From contig CAVYRF010000001.1 in assembly GCA_963770895.1 (NCBI GenBank), positions 1,088,001 through 1,152,000 on the forward strand: DNA of 64,000 nt, given 5' to 3'. The stretch is from an uncultured Acidobacteriota bacterium. GTDB lineage: Bacteria > Acidobacteriota > Thermoanaerobaculia > Multivoradales > UBA5704. Numbering within the stretch: position 1 is the stretch's first letter; every line of letters begins with the position of its first letter. The notes under the pieces are model-generated. The model was not told where the DNA came from. It saw only the letters and a list, made by a program, of their open reading frames with translations, and did not search any database. Shown here in pieces: positions 19,289-26,568 of this stretch. A program made the position numbers and the translations under genes.

Positions 19289-19543
19289 ATGAAGAAGACG
19301 ACGCTCCGCTTCGTGACCCTTGCCCTGGCGATCACCCTGTGCGTGCTTGCCCAGAACCCTCGCGCGGTTGCCGCGGCGGCTTGCCCGACCCTGACCTGTG
19401 CCGAGTTGGCCAACGAGCTCAACGAGATCGGCTGCGGGGTGAACAGCATCAAAGGCGATGGCACCTGCACCGAAGGCGGTACGACGCACAACCTGCTCAT
19501 TCTTCACGGGGCCTGCGGACAGGGCGGAGTGTGCTACCAGTAG
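19289..19543 (+). CDS. Small secreted Cys-rich peptide (6 Cys in mature part)
   Basis: SD GGAGG; MKKTTLRFVTLALAITLCVLA signal; mature CPTLTC...GCGV...TCTEGG...ACGQGGVCYQ. Confidence 0.8.
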   Translation: MKKTTLRFVTLALAITLCVLAQNPRAVAAAACPTLTCAELANELNEIGCGVNSIKGDGTCTEGGTTHNLLILHGACGQGGVCYQ

Positions 19544-19866
19544 CCGGATCGCCGGTGGGGAATCCTTACGAGTTCCGCCTCAACACCGACACGGAGACGA
19601 TTCCCCTGATGGTCGTGCGATGCGCAGGCGCCGACGGCCGCTTCCCGGGGGACGTCCACGAAATCGGGGCGTTCCCGCCGGCCGAGACGAGCGAGGACAT
19701 CGTCTGGGTCGATGGCTATTTCGCCCGCTGGCCCGAGGACGAACCCGTGACGCGCCGCGATCTGGATCGCTTGGCATAGCCCACCGACGAGCAGGGCGTC
19801 AGCGCCACAAGGTGGTCCACCATGCGCCCGTCTCGTTCGACGCTGGCCGAAGCTCCAGGGCTCCGG

Positions 19867-20169
19867 TCACACGCTGTGCAGGCGGATCCGCTTGTCTCCG
19901 AAGTTGGCGACCACCTCGATCTCCCCGCCGAGGGCTTCGACATATTTCCGTAGCGTGGACAGACGGTGGTCCGTTCGGCGCTCGGTGTCCGAGACTTGAC
20001 CCTGTGACTGCTGGACCAGAGCCGCCATGTCCTGCTGGGTCTTGCCTACCAGCTCCCGGAGGCCTCGGAGGTCCATGTCGAGGATCTCCTGCTCAACCTC
20101 TTGGTGAAGCTGCTTACGCCGCGTCGTTCCCATCTTGTGCTGCAGATCCTTCCACTGATGGACGCTCAT
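19867..20169 (-). CDS. XRE-family HTH antitoxin (HigA-like)
   Basis: LRGLRELVGKTQQDMA..QSQGQVSDTERRTDHRLSTLRKYVEALGGEIEVVANF; directly downstream of toxin-like gene. Confidence 0.9.
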   Translation of the reverse strand: MSVHQWKDLQHKMGTTRRKQLHQEVEQEILDMDLRGLRELVGKTQQDMAALVQQSQGQVSDTERRTDHRLSTLRKYVEALGGEIEVVANFGDKRIRLHSV

Positions 20170-20174
20170 CGTGC

Positions 20175-20534
20175 TCACTCCTTGGCGAACTCTTCCGCGC
20201 GCTCACGCTGGTATTGCTCCCAGACCGTTTCCGCCCAGGGCACGTACTTTTCATAGAACCGGGCCTTGCCGCTCTTGTCCCCACCCAGGAGCAGGACCGC
20301 CTGGTGTTCGGGATCGAAGCAGTAGAAAACCCGCACTGGCCTGCCCCGATGCTGGACCCCACAGCTCCCGCAGCGGGTATCGCGACCCTTGGATTGCGCT
20401 CGAGTATGGGAATCCGAGCTTCATCCCCAATTCTTCAAGCAGGGTCACCAGAGACGAAAAACCGACTCCTGTTCGTCGATTGCCAGGGCCTCGTACCAGC
20501 CCTTGAACTCATTGGTAACGACGACTTCGACCAC
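20175..20534 (-). pseudogene. RelE/HigB (Gp49-like) toxin with two compensating frameshifts
   Basis: VVEVVVTNEFKGWYEAL / LLEELGMKLGFPYSSAIQGSRYPLREL / VQHRGRPVRVFYCFDPEHQAVLLLGGDK...; middle segment is in another frame. Confidence 0.82.
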
Positions 20535-20726
20535 GCCTTATTATCGTTCAAAACCGATATCGTGTCAACATGTTAGAGGGGCCGGCCCCGTCGGGGGGCT
20601 ACCGAGTGATGAGACCTCATCGCCGCCGCACTGCTCGCCCTGGCGGCGGCAACTCCAAAGACGATGCTTCGGGCTGCACCGTGCCGGGATCGAGTTTCGG
20701 GGGCTTCGCTCGCAGGGCTGGCAGTT

Positions 20727-20880
20727 GCCCGAGCGCGCACCGCGGGCTCAGGGTGTGGCGAGTGCGCGGTGGCGTTGGCAAAGATCTTGGTGGGGCAGGG
20801 GGATGGCTGTGGCGCTAGAGTCCGGCGGGAGAAGCGCACGGGGGCCGTGGTGCGCGCGAGGCAAAGGGGTCGAAGGGAAT
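20727..20880. repeat. ~154-bp dispersed intergenic repeat, copy 2
   Basis: Aligns with 13308-13460. Confidence 0.9.
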
Positions 20881-21095
20881 CGGAGGGCACGCCTCTGCCG
20901 GGCCTGGCCATGCCTCCCTGCTTGCGGCGCCGCCGGCTTGCGGCCGGAGTACCAGCGGTGCTTGCAGCGGCTGGCAAGTCCCGCACCGCAGCGCGCGCCG
21001 CGGACCGCTACCGCGGCTGTTTCTACGAGGCGGCGTTACGGAGAGTGGAGGCGTGGCGGGCCTGGGCGGCATCGACGAGGTGAACTAGGCGCTTA

Positions 21096-22374
21096 GGCAG
21101 CGTCAATAAATAACATTGACCTGCCGTGGAGATGGTGATACAACGATTTGGAGATGACAGATCTTCGATCGCTTCAGCAAAAGGTGGCTCTCCTCTGGCC
21201 CCATCTGGACGAGCGTGCACGACGACTCTTTGCGGCGAGCGAGGCTCGTCAACTGGGGCATGGCGGTGTGTCGACGGTCAGTCGGGCATGCGGTTTGTCT
21301 CGCGTCACAATCACGAAGGGTCTACAGGAACTCGAGAGTGCCCCTCTACCTGCGGGTCGGGTCCGGCGCGAAGGCGGTGGGCGACCATCGCTGGAAATGC
21401 TCGACCCCGACCTGCTGAGCCGGTTGGAGGCTCTCGTGGAGCCGCTGACGAGCGGCGACCCAGAGTCCCCGCTACGCTGGACAAGCAAGAGCACCCGCGT
21501 CCTCGCCGCGGAACTTGCGGCTCAGAACCATCCGGTCAGCCATGAGAAGGTGGCGCAGTTGCTGCGACAAATGGACTACAGCTTTCAAGGCAACCGGAAG
21601 GCAGACGAGGGGAGCAGCCATCCGGATCGCGATGCTCAGTTTCAATACATCAACGAGCAAGTGCGCAAAGCCTTGGCTGCAAAGCGGCCGGTCATCTCGG
21701 TTGACACGAAGAAGAAGGAGATCCTCGGCAACTACCAGAACAAGGGCAAGCAGTGGCGAAAGAGAGGGGATCCGCAGCGGGTCAATGTCCACGACTTTCC
21801 AGCTCCCTCCGTGCCGCGCGCGTACCCGTACGGTGTCTACGATCTGGGTCGAAACACTGGCTTCGTGACGATAGGCATTGACCACGACACTGGCGCCTTC
21901 GCGGTGGCGTCGATTCGCGGTTGGTGGCGCGCCGAAGGGCGGCGGCTCTATCCCAAGGCAAGGACTCTTCTCATCACCGCTGATGGTGGGGGCAGCAACG
22001 GCTATCGTCTGCGTCAATGGAAAATGGAGCTTCAGGAGCTGGCCGACGACTCAGGGCTCTCCATCATGGTTTGTCACTTTCCTCCCGGGACGAGCAAGTG
22101 GAACAAGGTAGAGCACCGCCTGTTTTCTTTCATCTCATCCAACTGGCGAGGAGAACCGCTTCGCGACTACGAGACTATCGTGCGTCTGATCGCCAAGACC
22201 ACCACCGCTCAGGGGCTTAGGGTGACATGCCGACTGGACCGACGAGCCTATCCCGTCGGGCGCAAGGTCTCTGACAAGGAGATCGCCACCGTGAACCTGC
22301 TGCCCCAATCCTTCCATGTCGAATGGAACTACATTATTCGGCCTCATGTGTAAATGTTGTTTATTGACGACGCC
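21096..22374 (+). mobile_element. ISAzo13-family insertion sequence
   Basis: Terminal IRs GGCAGCGTCAATAAATAACATT and (reverse complement) GGCGTCGTCAATAAACAACATT, flanked by TTA direct repeats (21093-21095, 22375-22377); lower GC than flanks. Confidence 0.92.
21154..22353 (+). CDS. ISAzo13-family DDE transposase
   Basis: LDERARRLFAASEA, GDPESPLRWTSKS, HPDRDAQF, ISVDTKKKE, ITADGGGSNG, HFPPGTSKWNKVEHRLFS. Confidence 0.95.
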   Translation: MTDLRSLQQKVALLWPHLDERARRLFAASEARQLGHGGVSTVSRACGLSRVTITKGLQELESAPLPAGRVRREGGGRPSLEMLDPDLLSRLEALVEPLTSGDPESPLRWTSKSTRVLAAELAAQNHPVSHEKVAQLLRQMDYSFQGNRKADEGSSHPDRDAQFQYINEQVRKALAAKRPVISVDTKKKEILGNYQNKGKQWRKRGDPQRVNVHDFPAPSVPRAYPYGVYDLGRNTGFVTIGIDHDTGAFAVASIRGWWRAEGRRLYPKARTLLITADGGGSNGYRLRQWKMELQELADDSGLSIMVCHFPPGTSKWNKVEHRLFSFISSNWRGEPLRDYETIVRLIAKTTTAQGLRVTCRLDRRAYPVGRKVSDKEIATVNLLPQSFHVEWNYIIRPHV

Positions 22375-22481
22375 TTAGCGTCTCTTGCCGGGGCCGCTTT
22401 TGGGGAATGGGGCGGCACGATGCCGCCCCGCTGTGCCTCTGGACTACTCAACTGCGATCACTTCTCTGCTCTGTCGCCGGC

Positions 22482-22859
22482 TCAGGTGGCGAGCGGTCGC
22501 AGCTCGCGATCGACGGCGGCGACGATTGCGCTTACCTGCACGGCCATCTTGCCGGCAAAGCGGGCAAGGCGGGCTTCCTGGGGTTCGAGGCACGATTCCT
22601 CGGCCGCTTGGCGCATTGAGTGAAAGAACCCCTCAATGAAGCGCAGCTCGGCCAGGGCGGCGCGCATCTCCGCGTGGCTGGTGGACTCGTCGCCGGGGAA
22701 CTCGGCCGTCACGATCGCCATTTCGTAGATCATCCGGCCGACCTGGCGCAGCGCCTCGCGCGACACCGGATCGTCAATGCAGATCAGAGTCGTTTCCCTG
22801 AAGGAATCGGCGGCGTTCCAGGGTGGCGGGGGCGGGTTAGACTGGCTGAAGCTCGGCAT
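22482..22859 (-). CDS. Hypothetical helical protein
   Basis: 125-aa ORF with SD AGGAGG and normal composition. Confidence 0.65.
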   Translation of the reverse strand: MPSFSQSNPPPPPWNAADSFRETTLICIDDPVSREALRQVGRMIYEMAIVTAEFPGDESTSHAEMRAALAELRFIEGFFHSMRQAAEESCLEPQEARLARFAGKMAVQVSAIVAAVDRELRPLAT

Positions 22860-23160
22860 GAGGCACGTCCTCCTGCTGGGTTAGGCGTCGGTCGGGGCTG
22901 CGATCCCCGCCCGGCGCTGCTTGTAGGGATGGGGCGGCGCGCGCCGCCCCGCCGTGTATCAAGTGTCGGGATTCGTGATGGCGATCACCCTGTCGCCGGC
23001 CGAGTAGCAGTCGGTGTCGGGTTTCGGCGGGGTGGCGTAAGCACGCCGCCAAGGCGTTTGACCAGGAAGGCGACGAAAGGCAGGGCGCCGCCTGGCGTCC
23101 TGCATCAAATCGGCAACAATTCTAGGGTCTAGGGTGTTGGTGCTGCGGGGGTGCTGGTTA

Positions 23161-23173
23161 CAACTCGTTGATT
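23161..23173 (-). promoter_or_regulatory. IHF consensus site next to the tRNA 3' end
   Basis: Minus strand AATCAACGAGTTG fits WATCARNNNNTTR. Confidence 0.5.
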
Positions 23174-23177
23174 TTAA

Positions 23178-23264
23178 TGGTGGAGGCGGGAGGATTCGAA
23201 CCTCCGTAGGGCGAAGCCCGGCAGATTTACAGTCTGCTGCCATTGTCCACTCGGCCACACCTCC
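23178..23264 (-). tRNA. tRNA-Tyr(GTA)
   Basis: GGAGGTG acceptor stem, anticodon arm GCAGA-CTGTAAA-TCTGC, long variable arm, GGTTCGAATCC T-arm, encoded CCA; 87 nt. Confidence 0.97.
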
Positions 23265-23376
23265 AGCCCGAACGGGCGGAGCGGAGTATATGCAGAACCG
23301 GGTGGCGCCTCAAGTTGGGTGATGTGGCGGACGCGGTGGGCGCCGCGGCCGGTGCCGCCGTCCGCGTGCACGGGGG

Positions 23377-23760
23377 CTAGATCCTGACGAGCAGGCGGCC
23401 GGTCCACAGGCCCAGGAGGCCGGCGGCCAGGCAGCCCAGGAGGGTGGCGGCGACGTTCAGAAGGGCGTACCCGGGGTTGTCGGATTGCAGGAAGCGGACG
23501 GTTTCGTAGTTGAAGCTGGAGTAGGTGGTGAAGCCGCCCAGGAGGCCGGTGGTGAGGGTGAGGCGGAGGGTGGGGGAGAAGAAGTCGGTCGCCAGGGCGG
23601 ATTCCATGATGGTCCCCAGGAGGAAGGAGCCGATGAGGTTGACGGCCAGGGTGCCCCAGGGAAAGGCGGGCCCCGCGGTGCGGGCCAGCCAGGAGGAGAG
23701 CAGGTAGCGGGCGCCGGTGCCGACGGCACCTGCCGCACAGATGGAGAGGAATCGCGCCAT
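23377..23760 (-). CDS. crcB: Fluoride channel FluC/CrcB
   Basis: GAVGTGARY, FPWGTLAVNLIGSF, GLLGGFTTYSSF. Confidence 0.96.
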   Translation of the reverse strand: MARFLSICAAGAVGTGARYLLSSWLARTAGPAFPWGTLAVNLIGSFLLGTIMESALATDFFSPTLRLTLTTGLLGGFTTYSSFNYETVRFLQSDNPGYALLNVAATLLGCLAAGLLGLWTGRLLVRI

Positions 23761-23833
23761 GTGGAGCCTCCTAGTCGCCGGGCGCGGCGTGGCCGGCGAT
23801 GCTGCGGATGCCGGGCGCCACCGTGGAAAGTGC

Positions 23834-23893
23834 GATCAGGAGTCATTGGCCGCTCCACCGGGAGCTGCGATTGAGGGCGGACTCCACCGCCGC
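23834..23893 (-). ncRNA. Fluoride (crcB) riboswitch
   Basis: Minus strand GGCGGTGGAGTCCGCC...AATCGC...GCCAATGACTCCT: P1 stem, GGAGT/ACTCC pseudoknot pairing, ~75 nt upstream of crcB. Confidence 0.88.
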
Positions 23894-24024
23894 TCCAGGA
23901 ATCCTACCGGAGGGCGAGCCGTGGAGGCCAGGGGTGCTCCAGGAGGCGCGTGCTGGTTGGGCCTGACGCGCGACGGCGACAGCCGCGGCGGCGCCGGGGG
24001 CGCAGGCCCTCGCGTCGCCGGGGG

Positions 24025-24917
24025 CTACGCGGGGCCTGGTCGTCCTGGCTGCGTGGGGCTTGCGGCTTCCAGGGCGATGGGCAGCTTGTAGACCTGGTCG
24101 GGCTTGGTGCGGTCGGAGATCTCGACCCGGTACTGGCCGGGCGGCAGGAAGCTGCGGGTCAGCTCCAGGGTGAAGGGTTGGGCGACGGGCGGCACGGCCT
24201 GGCCTGCCCATGCTTTGTGTTCGGGGCGCCCGGGGGGCGTGGCGTAGATGGCCAGGTCGTAGTGGGCCTGTGGGGTGATCGGAAGGTCGTCGAACACCAG
24301 GAGCGTGCGGTCGCCCATGGTGACGGTGAGAGGTTCTGGACCGCGAGGGTGCTCCAGGTAGGCCAGGCGCACGTTGGCCGCGGGGGGGCGGGCCAGCGCT
24401 GCGGCAGGCGGTTGGCTACCGCTGACAGGCCGGCTGCGCAGAGGAGAACGCTGATGACGGCGACGGCGGCGCGCGCGCCGCGCGACCAGCGCGCCGGTGC
24501 GGTGGGCTCGACGGCTCGCCAAGGGGCGACCTTGTGCGGCGGCGGTGCCCCATGCCGGTCGGAGCGCGGTGCGGCGGATTGCGCGGAGGGGGCCGCGGTG
24601 GCCTGCGCGTACCGCGACGTCGTGGCCTCAGGCTGGCGCTCGCCTTCGTCGCCGGTGACCAGGGATTGGCCCCGGTAGTAGGCGTCCAGGTCGAGCAGCA
24701 GGTGCGGGCAGGTGTCGCAGGTGGCCAGGTGCTCGCGCACCTGGGCCTCGTCGGCCGGGGGGAGCTCGCCGGCGGCGTAGGCGACCAGGGTTTCGAAGCT
24801 GGGATGGGGTGAGATCCCGGCCGGCTCGCGCGAGATCGGCGCCGGACCGGCGGCGGCAAGATAGCGCAGCGCCAGGGTCAGCGAGGGTGCATCTTGCTGT
24901 AGCGTGTCGTGATTCAT
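24025..24917 (-). CDS. zf-HC2 anti-sigma-like membrane protein, apparent frameshift at the C7 run (24382-24388)
   Basis: HPSFETLVAYAAGEL...REHLATCDTC (HxxxCxxC), TM AAVAVISVLLCAAGL; plausible C-terminal domain (ANVRLAYLEHPRG...SFLPPGQYRVEI) continues in another frame to the stop at 24025. Confidence 0.75.
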
Positions 24918-24971
24918 GGTGTCAGCTCCTCTCCTCCTTCAGAGATTCTTGGTCAGCCTCTCCCCTCCGGG

Positions 24972-25673
24972 TCAGAGGCCCGCCGGACGCAGCGCGCGCG
25001 GCACCAGGCGGCGGGCTTCCGCCAGCAGGGACGCTGCCTCCGCTTCTCGCAACCGCAGCACGGTGGCGACCTGGGCTTCGCTCAAGGGCAGGCGGTAGCG
25101 CAGTTGCAGGCAGGCTCGCGTGACGGGGGGCATGGCGTCCAGCGCCAGCTGCAAGGCTGCCAGGTCCGGCTCGCTGACCGGCGGCGCACTGGCTGCGGCC
25201 GCCGCGTCGTCGCCGCCCAGCGGCTCGGCCGGCCCGGCGGCACGGCGCAGCCACCGGTCGCGGGCCTTCTGCGCCGCGAAGGCGATCAGGCGTGCGTCGA
25301 GCGCGGTGGGCCGGGGCGGGGCCGCGCCGGGCGACCAGGAGGCGAAGACCTCGTTGAGCAGCACCGAGCGTTCGCCGGCGGCCACGCCCAGGCGGGCGAA
25401 GAAGGCGTCCAGATCGTCGCGGTAGCGCAAGGCGGCCTGGCGGTCCGCGACGGCGCGCCGTCGCTGCAGCCGCGCGGCGGCCACCATGGCGCCGAGCAGC
25501 ACCGGTACCGACAGCACGACCGCTGCCCCCAGCGCCGCTTGTTCGCTGAGCAGGCCGGCGGTCTGGGCCGCGGCCACTGGCACCAGCACCAGCACGAAGA
25601 CGGCGGCGACGCCCCAGAGGCGCGCCGCCACGCTGGCCGAGTCGCGCACCAGGTTGCTCCCCCGGCGGGTCAT
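24972..25673 (-). CDS. Degenerate ECF sigma-70-like protein with two N-terminal hydrophobic helices
   Basis: Region 2-like RYRDDLDAFFARLG...LLNEVF; region 4-like ALDAMPPVTRACLQLRY..LSEAQVATVL...ASLLAEARRL; ATGA overlap with upstream gene. Confidence 0.65.
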   Translation of the reverse strand: MTRRGSNLVRDSASVAARLWGVAAVFVLVLVPVAAAQTAGLLSEQAALGAAVVLSVPVLLGAMVAAARLQRRRAVADRQAALRYRDDLDAFFARLGVAAGERSVLLNEVFASWSPGAAPPRPTALDARLIAFAAQKARDRWLRRAAGPAEPLGGDDAAAAASAPPVSEPDLAALQLALDAMPPVTRACLQLRYRLPLSEAQVATVLRLREAEAASLLAEARRLVPRALRPAGL

Positions 25674-26086
25674 TTCAGCCACCTCCCGCGGTTGCGAATG
25701 AAGTTCAGCACCCCGTAGACCAGGAAGATCACGAAGAACACGGCCTGGGCGAGCTCGTGGAGATTGGCCAGGAGCCCGCGCAGCACCGCGCTGCCGGGAA
25801 GCTGTTCCAGGATCAGAGTGAAGTAGAACGGCAGGACCAGGATGACCATCGACAGGAAGTCGGCAAGCATGTCGATCAGCAGGTCGCGGATGCGATGCCA
25901 CACTTCGATCAGCCAGTGCCGGCGGCGGCGGCGCGGCGGCTTGCGTCGCGGCGGCGCGTGGTGAGACGGCGCTGCGGTGGCACCTGGATCGGCTGCGGCC
26001 GGGGGCGGCGTCTGGAGCGGTGCCTGGGGATGCGGCGCGGCGCCGTCCGCTGGCTCAGGCGAAACCGGTTTCCGTTCCAAGTTCAC
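25670..26086 (-). CDS. Small two-TM membrane protein
   Basis: GTG start after GGGAGA; Pro/Arg-rich N-terminus then FLSMVILVLPFYFTLIL and AVFFVIFLVYGVLNFI. Confidence 0.65.
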   Translation of the reverse strand: MNLERKPVSPEPADGAAPHPQAPLQTPPPAAADPGATAAPSHHAPPRRKPPRRRRRHWLIEVWHRIRDLLIDMLADFLSMVILVLPFYFTLILEQLPGSAVLRGLLANLHELAQAVFFVIFLVYGVLNFIRNRGRWLK

Positions 26087-26269
26087 GACAGTCTCCCGAA
26101 GCGTGGTGCGGGCGCGTCCCCCGGCATGGACCGGCGGGCTCTTGCCGCCAGGGGTGAAGACACGGTCGGGCAGATTTTTGTTGAGCCGGGTTGGCGCACG
26201 GCGCGGCCAGCGGCGGCGCTCCGGTGAGCAGGAGCGCCGCTGCCGTGGCACGCGGGTGCGCCGTCCGGT

Positions 26270-26461
26270 TCACGGCTTGGCGGGGCGGGGCGCCTTGAGA
26301 TCGCGCGGGCCGCTGCGGTTGGACTCGGCCGGCAGCTTGGGCGCGATGGTGATGCTGCGGTCATTGGACGGAGGGTTGATCTCGGTTTGCGACACCGGGA
26401 GGGGTCCGCCGCGGACGCGGCCTTGCTTCTTGTTCGCGGTCTGATCGTCCTGGTCGTTCAT
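26270..26461 (-). CDS. 63-aa hydrophilic peptide
   Basis: Strong SD AAGGAGG before ATG; MNDQDDQTANKKQGRVRGGPLPVSQTEINPPSND... Confidence 0.55.
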   Translation of the reverse strand: MNDQDDQTANKKQGRVRGGPLPVSQTEINPPSNDRSITIAPKLPAESNRSGPRDLKAPRPAKP

Positions 26462-26568
26462 CGATGCCTCCTTGCCCAGCGGTTGAGAGGTTGCGTCGCC
26501 GGCCTGACGGCGGCGGCGCTCGGGTCTGGTGCGGTAAGACACGCTTGGCGCCGTTGTGTGCAGAGGCG

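Noticed and set aside
19540-19779. Protein-like stretch NPYEFRLNTDTETIPLMVVRC...
   Set aside because: No clear start or recognisable family; possibly a gene fragment, too weak to call
22959-23322. ORFs overlapping the tRNA
   Set aside because: Translations of the tRNA-Tyr sequence
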